DNA of 64,000 nt from Geminocystis sp. GBBB08 (GCF_016743215.1 NZ_VRZC01000003.1:8222-72221); one strand, 5' to 3'; shown: positions 1 through 12,057, counted from the stretch's first letter. Program-made: numbers and translations. Notes: generated by a model from the sequence alone, not told the origin.

Positions 1-99
1 GAGAATATCAATTAGTCAGTAAACTTGAGTAAACTTTAAGTTTCTGAGGAGGGATTTAAAATTATAGCAATAGTAAGTAAATTTGAAACAATAAATGAA

Positions 100-1185
100 A
101 TGCCTATGGTCAGTCAGACACAAACCCTAAATAATAATAATAATATCGGCTTTACCCATGAAGACTTTGCCGCCTTATTAGATCAATATGATTATCATTT
201 CAGTCCTGGTGACATCGTTGCTGGAACTGTTTTTAGTATGGAGCCAAGGGGAGCTCTGATTGATATAGGAGCAAAAACCGCCGCTTATATTCCTGTTCAA
301 GAGCTTTCTATCAATAGAGTTGATGATCCCAAAGAGGTATTACAATCTAATGAAACTAGAGAGTTTTTTATTCTAACCGATGAAAATGAAGATGGTCAAT
401 TAACTCTTTCTATTCGTCGTATTGAGTATATGCGTGCTTGGCAGAGAGTTCGTCAATTACAAGAAGAAGATGCTACTGTTTATTCTAATGTTTTCGCTAC
501 TAATCGTGGTGGTGCATTAGTCAGAGTTGAAGGTTTAAGAGGTTTTATACCAGGATCTCATATTAGTGCTAAAGATACTAAAGAAGATTTAGTTGGTCAA
601 GATTTACCTCTCAAATTTTTAGAGGTCGATGAAGAGCGTAATCGTCTTGTCCTCAGTCATCGTCGTGCCTTAGTTGAACGCAAGATGAACGGCTTAGAAG
701 TTAGCCAAGTAGTAATTGGTTCTGTTCGTGGTATTAAACCTTATGGTGCTTTCATCGATATTGGTGGTGTTAGCGGTTTATTACACATCTCCGAAATTTC
801 TCATGATCATATTGATACTCCTCATAGTGTATTTAATGTTAATGATGAGTTAAAAGTGATGATTATTGACTTAGACGCTGAAAGAGGACGTATTTCTCTC
901 TCCACTAAGCAATTAGAACCCGAACCAGGTGATATGCTTAAAAATCGTGATTTAGTCTTTGAAAAAGCCGAAGAAATGGCGGTTAAATTCAGAGAAAAAT
1001 TATTAGCAGGTGACACTACTACTATAGATCCAGCAGAATTAGAAGGTATTTCGGCGGAAGAAGATGTAACTATTGAAAATAATCCCAGGGATGATCGTGA
1101 AATTGTTTCTGTAGTATCTAATGATAACACAGATTCTCATGCCACTGCTCTAGATGAAGAGCTTATTCCGTCTGCGGTTGAGTAA
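100..1185 (+). CDS. rpsA: 30S ribosomal protein S1 (cyanobacterial, three S1 domains)
   Basis: GFTHEDFAALLDQYDYHFSPGDIVAGTV N-terminus; S1 repeats with GALIDIGAK, GFIPGSHIS and GAFIDIGGVSGLLHISEIS. Confidence 0.97.
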   Translation: MPMVSQTQTLNNNNNIGFTHEDFAALLDQYDYHFSPGDIVAGTVFSMEPRGALIDIGAKTAAYIPVQELSINRVDDPKEVLQSNETREFFILTDENEDGQLTLSIRRIEYMRAWQRVRQLQEEDATVYSNVFATNRGGALVRVEGLRGFIPGSHISAKDTKEDLVGQDLPLKFLEVDEERNRLVLSHRRALVERKMNGLEVSQVVIGSVRGIKPYGAFIDIGGVSGLLHISEISHDHIDTPHSVFNVNDELKVMIIDLDAERGRISLSTKQLEPEPGDMLKNRDLVFEKAEEMAVKFREKLLAGDTTTIDPAELEGISAEEDVTIENNPRDDREIVSVVSNDNTDSHATALDEELIPSAVE

Positions 1186-1245
1186 TTTTTTATTTTTAAT
1201 TTGTTGTGTAAGTATCAATTTCAGATACTTTTATCTAAAACATAG

Positions 1246-1277
1246 CAAGGGGTTTTCAAATATCCCTTGTTTTTTAT
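1246..1277 (+). terminator. Probable intrinsic terminator between convergent rps1 and transglutaminase genes
   Basis: CAAGGG...CCCTTG stem followed by a T run. Confidence 0.5.
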
Positions 1278-1280
1278 TGT

Positions 1281-2750
1281 TTATTTGTATTCTAATAAAG
1301 CCCAATAACGGGAATCCTCTGGAAATTTAGCAAATACGATTATTTTTCCTGAATCTATATTGATATTCCCCGTAAAAACATTTCCATAACGGGTTAAATC
1401 TTGCCATTGATTAGTTGATTGATTAAATACTTTTACTTCTATTGCTGAATCAATTTTTAGTTTAAAATAAGTACTTGGATTGGCAGATAAATTCGCCATT
1501 AACGGTGATTCTAAATAACCATTATTATCAACAAAATGTTTAAAAGTTGTCGGAAATTTATCGCTACTACTACTTGCCGAAATTTGATACGTTACTATTA
1601 AAGGATAATTATTACTACCATCTTTTGGTTTCGCAAATATCTCCAATTCATAATCCCCTTTTTCAGGAAACCCCGTATTAACTATAATATTTTTTCCCTG
1701 TTTCTGCACAAAAGTATAATTATCTGATAACTCTTTTTCTCCTGATTTTAATTTGGCGATCGCCACAACATTTGTAGGAGCATTTAAAGTAATATTAAGA
1801 CGATTATTAGTATTAATTTTAAAATTTTTATGACTAACTAACTTTATATCATATTCAAATAAAGTAGAAGAAACATCAGGTAAAGTATCAAATTGAGAAC
1901 GAGAAATAGGTATATTTAATAATTGCCATTGGGGATTTTCAGGGAAATGACTATAAACAAATTCCTCTGGTTTTGTGGCAAAATAATAGGGATTAAAATT
2001 AGCATAAAAAACATTATTACTAACAGTACCTGCTCACCAAGTAGTATCAATTATATACCAGTTTTGATTAATTTTAACTGCATTCCAAGCATGATTAACT
2101 TCATTATCATCTCCGACAACATAGTTAATACCTTTAGCATATCCAGTAACAATAACAGATTTTAACCCCATATATTGAGCCAATTGTTGATATAAATTAG
2201 CATAACCAGAACAAATAGTTGATCGAGTATTTAAGACAGTTTCAACTTTTATATCAGGATAAATATTGTTTTCAAATAAATCAGCTAAAGCCGCTACATC
2301 ATAAGTAATATTATCGGTAATCCATGTATAAATAATTCGAGCTTTTTCTTCTTCAGTGTCAGCATATTGAGATAAAATATTAGCTAACTCTTGAACAGAA
2401 TTGCCATTATATTGAATATTTCTAGCAGTATTATCAATACTAGTAAATCTTTTTTCTTGAAGATTAACAGGATTATTAATAACAATAGGTTCATCAATTT
2501 TTGTAACAAATTCTTCTGTGATGAATTTAAGAGAATTAGGAGAAAAAGACAAAAAGTTAGCAATATTTTTCCAGGTTAATAATTCAGAATTTAAGCCAAA
2601 AAATTGTGGATAATTTTTAATCGTCAACCCAAAAGATAAAAATATAATTATTATCAATAAATTTGAAATAAAACTACTCTTTTGTTGATGATTTTTTCGA
2701 GCTTTATTTATGCGTCTTTCCCATTCTTGATATTCTCTATTTGTCGCCAT
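1281..2750 (-). pseudogene. Transglutaminase-like (Cys-His-Asp) domain membrane protein with one in-frame TGA
   Basis: ORFs 2034..2750 and 1281..1766 share a frame and the 89 codons between them are open; reads ...ICSGYA...HAWNAV...IDTTW-TGA-AGTVS...YFATKPEEFVYSHFPENPQWQLL. Confidence 0.8.
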
Positions 2751-2805
2751 AAAAATAGTTAGTAGTTAATAGTTTTACTTTAGGCATCTTGTCATTTCCT
2801 AATTT

Positions 2806-3153
2806 TTAATTATTAAGAATTTCTTCCATAAAAAGTCTTAATTTTTGTTTAGCAATGATTAACTTATTTTCGTCAAATTGAAACTCTTGTAACTCAGATA
2901 AAAATTCTATATATTCAGTATCAAAAACTATTCTAAAATCATTAATGTTCCATAATAAATCAGAAGTAAAACGTAAATCATGAATGGTATCTTTCTGAGA
3001 AAAATAATTATGATTTTGAGCTTGTAAATCAACTAAAAGTATAGGTCTAACCCAACATATTTTACGCTCATTAATTACTTCAATAACTTCACAATATAAA
3101 GAATTTTTGGTACTATCTAAACACACTATTTGACGGTTAATAAATTGTGCCAT
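2806..3153 (-). CDS. Hypothetical protein
   Basis: 115-aa ORF co-oriented upstream of the transglutaminase gene; no motif recognised. Confidence 0.65.
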   Translation of the reverse strand: MAQFINRQIVCLDSTKNSLYCEVIEVINERKICWVRPILLVDLQAQNHNYFSQKDTIHDLRFTSDLLWNINDFRIVFDTEYIEFLSELQEFQFDENKLIIAKQKLRLFMEEILNN

Positions 3154-3461
3154 TTTTTAGTTAATAGTTTTTGAATGTTTAGCAAGATGCAAAGGTTAGT
3201 TATATAGCAATCCTATGTGAGTTATAAGATTTAAAGAGGTGTTAGCTATCAGCTTTCAGTAGTCAGCTTTAAGGTATAGTAAGATTTACAGATTTATTTT
3301 TTAGTCTTTAATTCTTCCCGAATGATTTAGGATTGCAATAGAAAAGACAAAGAGATAAAATAGAATTTATGTTGTAGAATAAAACCCCTAAGTTACCATT
3401 GAAAAAAGATAAAATAGAGGTAAATAATAACTTATTTTGAATTATTGAAAAATAATTAAAT

Positions 3462-3602
3462 TTAAACTACAACATAGGCAAATTTAAGTGCCCAGATAAT
3501 TAAAGCGATAATGCTTCCCAGAATAACGACAGCGGAAATACCGATAATAATAGGCTTGTCTGCACCATCAAACTTCATGATGCCACGATTTAAGTCAGAC
3601 AT
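3462..3602 (-). CDS. ndhQ: NDH-1L complex small subunit NdhQ (46 aa; absent from the ORF track)
   Basis: Hand translation MSDLNRGIMKFDGADKPIIIGISAVVILGSIIALIIWALKFAYVVV; NRGIMKFDGAD plus one TM helix matches NdhQ as I recall it. Confidence 0.85.
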   Translation of the reverse strand: MSDLNRGIMKFDGADKPIIIGISAVVILGSIIALIIWALKFAYVVV

Positions 3603-3752
3603 AAAATTCTCTAAAGGAATATAAGATTATTTCTTATTTTCTAGGTTAGCTTAAAAAAAGCGATAATTATCAAATCTGAGAGAAAAATTCACCATTCTTA
3701 ATCTTTTTCTCACCAATTATAGAGTTTAAACCCCTTGCCTATTTATCATTTT

Positions 3753-5225
3753 TCATTCCTCATCATTAGCTTTCCAACTGCCATGCAATCCATAAGGGAT
3801 ATGTTGCTTTAAATGTAATGTTGTTATTGGGTTACTAATATCTTTCCCCTCAAATATAACTAATTTTGAATGATGAGAACTAGAATCATAGATTAAAACC
3901 AATATCCAACCATCATCTTCTGATTCTGGATTCTTTTTAGGTATAAATACTGGTTCACCGGCAAAGCCTTTCGGGGCAAAGGAGTATAATTCTTCTTTTT
4001 GGGTAGTTAAATCTAGTTTCAGCAAACCTTGTAAAGGAGCATTTTTTGTGGGATGATCTACAGCACCAATAAAAATATAACGGTAATTTCTGCCTACATT
4101 TTTTGGATTGATAGAGGGAAATTCGACACAACGATTATTAATTAATTCTTGACTAACTTTTTTATTAATTAAATCAAGTTTAAACCGCCATAATTTTCCG
4201 GGTGCAAGTTTCTCGAAATCCACTTCTTTATAACTATTATCAGGATCAATTTGACTTAATTGGGCATAACAAATGGAGTCGATAGCAATTTCATTACTAT
4301 TCACCTCAAAGGCATTAGCATGATGGAAAATGAAACCTGCTTTTGTTTCAATAGTAATAACTTTTTCATGGGGTGCATGACGAGGAATTAAAATAATTTT
4401 AGTGGGTTGGTTACTATCAAAATTTACACATTCTCCAGCACCTTTAAAACCGAAAATAAAAGGAAAAGGGTTATAGGTGGTAGGATTTTGAAAAAAGATG
4501 CAATAGTTAGAGGTGATCAAAAAATCATGGATAAAAGAAAATCCAGGAGTTGTATGACTATATCGATCAATAATTTTGCCTAATTCGTCAAATTCATAAA
4601 CAGTAATAGTGCTAGAAAGTCCAGGTTTGATACCAAAATTGACTAAAGAAGGTTTATCGTGATTCAATGGGGAATAAGGATCTATTCTAGGATGAGCACT
4701 AAATACATCTCCTTTTTGTAAAATACCATCTAAATTATCTAAACCCATGGTTTCTAAATTTTCAGGATTAAGACGATAGGGGTGTGCTGCTTCCCATAAA
4801 GCTAATAATTTATTTCCCCAATAAATAATGTTAGTATTAGCAATATTTTTTACCCGTATATCAAATAAGTTAGCTAACAATCCCCCCGGTTTTTGACTAC
4901 CAAAGACTCCCCGATAAAGCATTTTACCTGCTTTTTGCTCTTCTAAATATTCCTTAGTTTTTACAAAGCGATTACGAAAAAAACACCGCCCATTTTTAAA
5001 AGTAAAAGCACAAATCATACCGTCACCATCGAAGGGATGTTGTAAAGGTGTACCATGAACTTCTAATAATCCTGGTCCATTACGATATAATGTTCCCGAT
5101 AATTCTAAAGGTATCTCTCCTTCTATCTCTTCAATCAAATATTCTAATTCTTGGAATTGGGATTCATAACCTTGTCGCCAATCTGATAATGAGTATGATT
5201 GAGACGGTTTTTCTAACTGTTGCAT
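3753..5225 (-). CDS. Carotenoid oxygenase (RPE65 family, apocarotenoid oxygenase-like)
   Basis: GTLYRNGPG, HPFDGDG, FSAHP, FIHDF, EFPSINP and C-terminal GLHGSW motifs. Confidence 0.93.
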   Translation of the reverse strand: MQQLEKPSQSYSLSDWRQGYESQFQELEYLIEEIEGEIPLELSGTLYRNGPGLLEVHGTPLQHPFDGDGMICAFTFKNGRCFFRNRFVKTKEYLEEQKAGKMLYRGVFGSQKPGGLLANLFDIRVKNIANTNIIYWGNKLLALWEAAHPYRLNPENLETMGLDNLDGILQKGDVFSAHPRIDPYSPLNHDKPSLVNFGIKPGLSSTITVYEFDELGKIIDRYSHTTPGFSFIHDFLITSNYCIFFQNPTTYNPFPFIFGFKGAGECVNFDSNQPTKIILIPRHAPHEKVITIETKAGFIFHHANAFEVNSNEIAIDSICYAQLSQIDPDNSYKEVDFEKLAPGKLWRFKLDLINKKVSQELINNRCVEFPSINPKNVGRNYRYIFIGAVDHPTKNAPLQGLLKLDLTTQKEELYSFAPKGFAGEPVFIPKKNPESEDDGWILVLIYDSSSHHSKLVIFEGKDISNPITTLHLKQHIPYGLHGSWKANDEE

Positions 5226-5473
5226 CGTATTTGCTTAAAATAAGTTAATATTTATTAATAATTCTTTACCAATTATAAATTAATTAGCCATTAGAAATTA
5301 GAAATTAATCACTTCCCTCTCTTCTCATTATTGATGTTATAATGCAGAGGGTGATTTTTGTTACAAAACTTCACATTATTGACAACTACTAACCTGATAC
5401 TCTAATAACAGAAGCTAGTTAAAGTTTAAATCCAATCTAGTTTACTAACTTAAAAAGGAAAGCAATATTTATC

Positions 5474-6202
5474 ATGGAATATTCCCCAAATCAACGAACA
5501 GCTATCATTACCGGAGCTAGTAGTGGAATTGGTAAAGCAACCGCCATCGCTTTTGCAAAATCAGGCATTAATTTATGTTTAATTAGTCGTCAACAAGCAA
5601 AATTACAGGCAGTAGCAGATATAGTTTCTGAATATGGAGTAAAAGTTAAAATAGTTGCCACTGATTTAGCTGAAGTATCTACCGTAAAAGCACAAATAGA
5701 AACCATTGCCAAGGAATTGGGAACGATCGATATTCTTGTGAATAATGCAGGAATAGGTTATACAAACCTTCTTCGAGAAACATCCTTAACAGACTGGCAA
5801 GAAGTATTAAATCTAAATTTGACTAGCGTTTTTCAATGCGTTATGGGGGTACTACCGCACATGAGAAAACAAGGTCAAGGTACAATTATTAATGTAGCGT
5901 CTATTGCTGCCAATAATGCTTTTCCAGAATGGGGAGCTTATGGTATAAGTAAAGCGGCTTTAGTTACTTTTAGTCAGTGTTTAGCTGTAGAAGAAAGAAG
6001 CAACGGCATTCGAGTCACAATCATTTCTCCGGGTGCAGTTAATACACCAATTTGGGATACTGATACAGTACAATTGGATCTTAATCGAGGGGCAATGCTT
6101 AAACCGGAAACTATCGCTCAAACTATCTTACAAGCAGTATTACTTCCTCCAGAAGCAGTTATCGAACAATTAACCATAACCCCTAGTCTTGGGGTGTTAT
6201 AG
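5474..6202 (+). CDS. Short-chain dehydrogenase/reductase
   Basis: TGASSGIG, NNAG and YGISK catalytic motif; directly upstream of folE. Confidence 0.9.
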   Translation: MEYSPNQRTAIITGASSGIGKATAIAFAKSGINLCLISRQQAKLQAVADIVSEYGVKVKIVATDLAEVSTVKAQIETIAKELGTIDILVNNAGIGYTNLLRETSLTDWQEVLNLNLTSVFQCVMGVLPHMRKQGQGTIINVASIAANNAFPEWGAYGISKAALVTFSQCLAVEERSNGIRVTIISPGAVNTPIWDTDTVQLDLNRGAMLKPETIAQTILQAVLLPPEAVIEQLTITPSLGVL

Positions 6203-6365
6203 ATTAATATTTACTTTTCAAACCACGAATTTCATTAACTTTTTTGTGGTGGTGTTTTTGCTGGATAAATCCCTAAAACATCTTAATTTGTTGAGCTTTT
6301 TTGGTTCAAGTAACGAAAATCCCTCCCCTAAAATCACACCATTAAACTAATTTGTTAACTTAACT

Positions 6366-7091
6366 ATGACAGACTTTTCCAACGGTTCTAATTCTAACAA
6401 GACTTATCCTGATATTTCTTCTTCCATTCTCACAGATGTGTATAACAATGTAGCGACAAGACCCGATCGTAATACCCATAACGGACAAGTAGCCCAAATT
6501 CATCTTAGTCAAGAAGAAGAAAATAAACAGCAAATGATGGATGCTGTCACCACAATGTTAAAATCAGTGGGAGAAGATCCCCAAAGAGAAGGACTACTCA
6601 AAACCCCTAAAAGAGTAGCAGAAGCCATGCAGTTTTTAACCCAAGGTTATAGCCAATCGTTGGAAAAACTGGTTAATGGTGCTATTTTTGATGAAGGTCA
6701 TAACGAAATGGTATTAGTCAGAGATATTGATTTTTTCAGTCTTTGTGAACATCATATGTTGCCTTTTATGGGCAGAGCTCACGTTGCTTATATTCCGAAT
6801 CAAAAAGTAGTTGGTTTAAGTAAATTAGCCCGTATTGTAGAAATGTATTCTAGAAGATTGCAAGTACAAGAACGCCTTACTCGTCAAATCGCTGAAGCAA
6901 TCCAAACCATTCTCGATCCTCAAGGAGTAGCTGTGGTAATGGAAGCGACTCATATGTGTATGGTAATGCGTGGAGTACAAAAACCCGGATCATGGACTGT
7001 CACCAGTGCTATGTTGGGAGCATTCCAAGACGAAAATAAAACCCGTGAGGAATTTTTAGGTTTAATTCGTCATAAACCCAGCTTTTTATAA
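6366..7091 (+). CDS. folE: GTP cyclohydrolase I
   Basis: [35 protein letters not shown] and HMCMVMRGV. Confidence 0.97.
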   Translation: MTDFSNGSNSNKTYPDISSSILTDVYNNVATRPDRNTHNGQVAQIHLSQEEENKQQMMDAVTTMLKSVGEDPQREGLLKTPKRVAEAMQFLTQGYSQSLEKLVNGAIFDEGHNEMVLVRDIDFFSLCEHHMLPFMGRAHVAYIPNQKVVGLSKLARIVEMYSRRLQVQERLTRQIAEAIQTILDPQGVAVVMEATHMCMVMRGVQKPGSWTVTSAMLGAFQDENKTREEFLGLIRHKPSFL

Positions 7092-7589
7092 TAATTACTC
7101 ATTCCTAATTAGGGTTTGCGTCAAAAAATTACAGAGGATAGAGACACCCTTTTTACCCACCCCTTGTTTTGCAGGGCTTTTTCATTCTCCCAATTTGATT
7201 TAACTCAAAACTATAATTGACAAGAAATCTAGAGATTTTTTCATATTAGCAAATCAATTATTGAAAAAAAACAGGATATTTTCGAAGCAAATTAACTCAC
7301 TTTAGTAGAGTTGGGCTCTGAGCAATGAAATTTATTTCTTTGCCGGATAATGATTTTCATCAATAACTCGCTTTGCAATAAATTGACAAAACTAATAAAT
7401 AGCTAAAGTCAGAAGACAGCGACTCCAAAAAATGCAATTTAGCCCCGACTTTGAAAAAACCCTGCTTAAAAAGAGGGAAGAGAATGGACACTCTTACAAT
7501 TAACAATTAACAATTGATTTGGGCAATGGCTCAATTCTTAATTCTCAGATTTTTATTGCCTTATAACTATTTTAGTATTACTAAGCACT

Positions 7590-9029
7590 TCAATGATCGA
7601 AATTATCAATGATTGCCTGTGCAAACTCTGAACATTTCAACGGTGGTTCAACAGGAGGTGTCATCATCCTTGCTAAATCGTAAGTAACTTGTCGAGAGGC
7701 GATCGCCTTACTAATTCCGTGACGAATTAAATCTGCCGCTTCTTGCCAACCCAAATATTCTAACATCATCACACCTGAAAGGATAACAGATCCTGGATTA
7801 ATGCGATCAAGTCCTGCGTGTTTCGGTGCTGTTCCATGAGTAGCCTCAAAAATAGCACAACTATCACCAATATTAGCACCTGGCCCCATACCTAAACCCC
7901 CGACAATGGCAGCGGCGGCATCAGATAAATAATCGCCATTGAGGTTCATAGTTGCTAAAATAGAATATTCATCGGGACGAGTTTGGATTTGTTGGAATAT
8001 ACTATCAGCAATGCGATCATTCACCATAATTTTATCTTTCCATTGTCCATTACCGTGAGTATTCCAGATAGCATCTAAAACCTTTGTTACTTCTGCATTG
8101 ATTTGAGCTTGTTTTTCAGGGGTTAAAGCATCATATCCGGGTTCAATTTTACGAGCATTATCTTCTATCGAAAGATTAGGATTAGCCTCTTTATTACTTA
8201 ATATCCATGATTCAGTTTCGGTAACGCAAACATTCCGAAATTCAGTAGTCGCAACTTCATAACCCCAGTCACGAAAAGCACCTTCGGTATATTTCATAAT
8301 ATTGCCTTTGTGGACTAAAGTCACCATTTGCTTATGTTTCGGTAAACGTAAGGCATTTTGAATAGCACGACGCACTAAACGCTGTGAGCCTTTTTTACTA
8401 ATAGGTTTAATGCCAATACCAGCATCGAGGGGAATTTGTTTATTTTTATGTTCAGGAGTAGCAGGAATTAATTCCTCATTGAGAATTTTAATCAATTTTT
8501 GTCCAATTTCTGAACCTTCCTTCCATTCAATACCTAAATAAATATCTTCGGTGTTTTCCCGATAAACAATAACATCTAATTTTTCAGGAGTTTTATGGGG
8601 GGATGGTGTCCCTTCATAGTAACGACAAGGACGAACACAAGTATAAAGATCAAAAATCTGTCTCAAAGCTACGTTAAGAGAGCGAATACCGCCACCAATG
8701 GGCGTTGTTAAAGGGCCTTTAATAGCAATACCATATTCTTTAATAGCGGTTAAAGTGTCTTCAGGTAAATATTGATAAGTGCCGTATTTTTCACAAGCCT
8801 CATCCCCAGCATAAATTTTAAACCAGTTAATTTTCTTTTTGCCACCATAAGCTTTTTCCACCGCAGCGTTAATGACTTTTTCCGAAGCCGGCCAAATATC
8901 TACCCCTGTACCATCACCCCGAATGAAAGGAATAATCGGATTATCAGGTACAATAGGCAAACCGTTGTCAAATTTAATTTTATTACCAACTTCAGGCAGT
9001 GTCAATTTTTCAAACATATTATTTTTCAA
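7590..9029 (-). CDS. icd: NADP-dependent isocitrate dehydrogenase (start may be 9017)
   Basis: [45 protein letters not shown] and [12 protein letters not shown]. Confidence 0.97.
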   Translation of the reverse strand: MKNNMFEKLTLPEVGNKIKFDNGLPIVPDNPIIPFIRGDGTGVDIWPASEKVINAAVEKAYGGKKKINWFKIYAGDEACEKYGTYQYLPEDTLTAIKEYGIAIKGPLTTPIGGGIRSLNVALRQIFDLYTCVRPCRYYEGTPSPHKTPEKLDVIVYRENTEDIYLGIEWKEGSEIGQKLIKILNEELIPATPEHKNKQIPLDAGIGIKPISKKGSQRLVRRAIQNALRLPKHKQMVTLVHKGNIMKYTEGAFRDWGYEVATTEFRNVCVTETESWILSNKEANPNLSIEDNARKIEPGYDALTPEKQAQINAEVTKVLDAIWNTHGNGQWKDKIMVNDRIADSIFQQIQTRPDEYSILATMNLNGDYLSDAAAAIVGGLGMGPGANIGDSCAIFEATHGTAPKHAGLDRINPGSVILSGVMMLEYLGWQEAADLIRHGISKAIASRQVTYDLARMMTPPVEPPLKCSEFAQAIIDNFDH

Positions 9030-9164
9030 AGTTATATTTTTTCTTCTTTAGAATAATATGATAAAGGATATTGAATAGTGAATAGTGAACAGTTAATAAT
9101 TAGGAAGTTAAGATTAAGGGTTGATTTTTCCGTATTTATTTTATCTTCTGTATTATGATCGAAA

Positions 9165-9968
9165 TCAGTTATTAATGGTTTTAATACCTAAACTTAAAAA
9201 ATAAGCAAATCCTGACACCACAATAATAGTTGCCCCTGAAGTCAGGTTCAAGGTATAAGAAAGCCATAAACCAATTAAAATGAATAAGATACCTAAAATA
9301 CTGCTTAATATGATCATCTGTTTGATTTCTCTGACAAATTGATTAGCTACCGCCGCAGGTATAGTTAGTAAAGCGATTACCATAATTAATCCTACTACTT
9401 GCATCACCATCACAATGGTTAAGGCGATTGCACTTATTAACATCAAGTATAATTTATTTACTGGAATATTTCTAGTCGTGGCGAAAACAGGATCAAATGA
9501 TATTGCTAATAACTCCTTATAAAATAAGCATACCATCATCACGATAATCACATCTAAAATAACCATGATTAATAAGTCACTTTTTGGCACAGCTAAAATA
9601 CTACCGAAAAGATAACTCATCAAATTGGCTTTATAACCTTTAGTTAAGTCAATCAAAATGATACCAATACCCATACCAATTGCCCACATTGTGCCTATAA
9701 TAGTATCTGCTCTTTCTTTTGTATTTTTTTCTACTAATGCCATACCTAACCCTGATAATACGGCAAAGGCGATCGCCCCTATAATGGGATTAAAACCAAA
9801 AAAATAGCCTAAACCAATTCCACCATAAGCAGAATGAGCGATACCACCACTAATAAACACAATGCGATTAACTACGACAAAAGTACCGATAAGACCACAG
9901 GCAATGCTAACTAAAACACCCGCCATTATGGCATTTTGCATAAATTCTAATTGTAAAATCTCGAACAT
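9165..9968 (-). CDS. Zn/Mn-type metal ABC transporter permease (ZnuB/MntB family)
   Basis: Multi-TM protein with GGIAHSAYGG, YLFGSIL and VGLIMVIALLTIPA. Confidence 0.88.
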   Translation of the reverse strand: MFEILQLEFMQNAIMAGVLVSIACGLIGTFVVVNRIVFISGGIAHSAYGGIGLGYFFGFNPIIGAIAFAVLSGLGMALVEKNTKERADTIIGTMWAIGMGIGIILIDLTKGYKANLMSYLFGSILAVPKSDLLIMVILDVIIVMMVCLFYKELLAISFDPVFATTRNIPVNKLYLMLISAIALTIVMVMQVVGLIMVIALLTIPAAVANQFVREIKQMIILSSILGILFILIGLWLSYTLNLTSGATIIVVSGFAYFLSLGIKTINN

Positions 9969-10349
9969 AATTTAGGAATGAGGAATAAGGGGAGGAGATA
10001 CCTAATATTTAATTTTAATTATTAGTCAATTTATAAATTAAGATAACTTCATTTCTTCGATAATCTTAATCGTAAAGATTCGTTCCCATTTTGGATTAAA
10101 ACGGCAGTTTTGGTATCTTCAAATAAAATATTGTCCGTAGGATAAACTTTCTTCGGTTTTGCCTCAATTTCTGCGTCTAGGCTATCCTTTTCGTCTTTAG
10201 CTTCTCACTATCATCCCCAATCTAGCTTTAAAGTATCTTTAATTCCTCTAATTCAATGGAAACTGAAAAAAATAACTTTTGTTTTTCAAATTGAATCCGA
10301 GAATGAAAATCCCCTGCTTGAAAAAGGGGACTTCAATCTTCTTCTATAT

Positions 10350-11771
10350 TTAACAATCGTAATATAAAGAGAACTCGTAAGGATGAGGACGAAGACGCAT
10401 AGGGTTAACTTCATTGTCTAGTTTATACTCAATCCAGTTTTCAATGAAATCTAGGGTAAAGACACCTGTATCAGTTAAGAAACTATGATCTTTTTCTAAG
10501 GCTTCCAATGCCGCTTCTAATGATCCTGGAGTAGAAGGAATTTTGCTTAATTCTTCAGGAGACAAATCATAAATATCCACATCTAAAGGTTCACCCGGAT
10601 CGATTTGATTCTTAATACCGTCAATACCTGCACATAACATCGCAGCAAATGCTAAATAAGGATTACTGGTAGCATCCGGACATCGAAATTCTAAACGCTT
10701 GGCTTTGGGGTTAGTACCAGATAAAGGAATACGAATAGAAGCAGAACGATTACCTTGAGAATAAGCTAAGTTTACAGGAGCTTCAAAACCCGGAACTAAA
10801 CGCTTATAAGAGTTGGTGGTAGGATTGGTTAAGGCTAAAAGAGCGGGAGCGTGTTTGATGATACCACCAATATAGTGTAACGCCATTTGACTTAAACCTG
10901 CGTATTTATCTCCAGCAAATAAAGGTACTCCTCTATCCCAGATAGACTGGTGAGTGTGCATACCAGAACCATTATCATTGAATAAAGGCTTAGGCATAAA
11001 GGTAACAGTTTTACCATATTTTTTAGCAACGTTTTTGATGACATATTTATAAGTCATTAAATAGTCTGCCGCTTTTACTAAAGTCGCAAATTTAATCCCT
11101 AACTCATTTTGTCCACCAGTTGCAACTTCATGGTGATGTTTTTCGATGGGTACACCACAAGCCGCCATCGTTAAGAGCATTTCAGTACGAATGTCTTGTT
11201 GGGTGTCTGTAGGAGCTACGGGGAAATATCCTTGTTTGTAACCCGGTTTATAACCTAAGTTACCACCTTCTTCTACTCGCCCAGAATTCCAACGTCCTTC
11301 AACACTATCAACGTAGTAATAACCTTTATTTTCAGTTTGATCAAAACGGACATCATCAAAGATGAAAAATTCGGCTTCCGGACCAAAATAAGCAGTATCA
11401 CCAATACCACAAGTTGCTAAATATTCCACTGCTTTAGCCGCAATACTACGGGGATCTCTCGAATACCATTCCCCAGTACGAGGTTCTTTAATACGACAAA
11501 TCATGCTTAAAGTCGGTTCAGCATAAAAAGGATCGATCCATGCGGTGGTAGGATCAGGTACCATTGCCATATCAGAGTCGTTAATAGCTTTCCAACCACG
11601 AATACTTGAACCATCAAAAGCTACACCATCCACAAAAGAACTTTCGTCTATTTGATCATAATAAAAAGAACAGTGTTGCCAAATACCGGGCATATCAATA
11701 AATTTGAGGTCAATAATTTTAATATTATTATCTCGAATCATTTGTAAGACTTCTTGTGCTGTTTCTGGCAT
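10350..11771 (-). CDS. glnA: Glutamine synthetase type I
   Basis: [37 protein letters not shown] and RLRPHPYEF. Confidence 0.98.
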   Translation of the reverse strand: MPETAQEVLQMIRDNNIKIIDLKFIDMPGIWQHCSFYYDQIDESSFVDGVAFDGSSIRGWKAINDSDMAMVPDPTTAWIDPFYAEPTLSMICRIKEPRTGEWYSRDPRSIAAKAVEYLATCGIGDTAYFGPEAEFFIFDDVRFDQTENKGYYYVDSVEGRWNSGRVEEGGNLGYKPGYKQGYFPVAPTDTQQDIRTEMLLTMAACGVPIEKHHHEVATGGQNELGIKFATLVKAADYLMTYKYVIKNVAKKYGKTVTFMPKPLFNDNGSGMHTHQSIWDRGVPLFAGDKYAGLSQMALHYIGGIIKHAPALLALTNPTTNSYKRLVPGFEAPVNLAYSQGNRSASIRIPLSGTNPKAKRLEFRCPDATSNPYLAFAAMLCAGIDGIKNQIDPGEPLDVDIYDLSPEELSKIPSTPGSLEAALEALEKDHSFLTDTGVFTLDFIENWIEYKLDNEVNPMRLRPHPYEFSLYYDC

Positions 11772-11823
11772 TAATTATTTCTCCTTTAACTTTACTTACT
11801 TTATTTTGTCGCTCAAACACTTA

Positions 11824-11865
11824 ATGCTAAGGATAGATTTATTTTAATTTTGTAGCAATTGATAC
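11824..11865 (-). promoter_or_regulatory. NtcA-activated promoter of glnA
   Basis: Minus strand reads GTA-TCAATTGC-TAC, 22 nt, then TAGCAT (TAN3T), the canonical GTA-N8-TAC-N22-TAN3T layout. Confidence 0.88.
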
Positions 11866-11894
11866 ATAATCAAGAAAACAGACAACGATGCACA

Positions 11895-11929
11895 GGCAAT
11901 GGGCAATGGGCAATGGGCAATGGGCAATG
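11895..11929. repeat. Heptamer tandem repeat (GGCAATG)x5
   Basis: Five exact units in the intergenic region upstream of glnA. Confidence 0.9.
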
Positions 11930-11989
11930 GCTAAATTCTTCAGGGAATAGTTATTAAAATTGATAATTTCTCACCTAAAATAGATTTTC

Positions 11990-12057
11990 AGTACCAGTGT
12001 AAAATTAATCAATGCCCTTTGTTTTTCTCAAATCTATGATAACAAGGGGTTTAAACT
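11990..12057 (+). repeat. 68-bp dispersed repeat, copy 1 (inverted copy at 20159..20226)
   Basis: 66 of 68 positions identical by manual alignment; ends in the CAAGGGGTTTAAAC palindrome arm. Confidence 0.85.

Noticed and set aside
7100-7500. Possible IS remnant or ncRNA between folE and icd
   Set aside because: The stretch is unexplained, but I could not find terminal inverted repeats, a transposase-like frame or a recognisable RNA fold.
10020-10260. Short open frame on the minus strand (...KVYPTDNILFEDTKTAVLIQNG...) between glnA and the metal permease
   Set aside because: It looks like gene debris but has no start, is preceded by several stops, and I cannot assign a family without a search.
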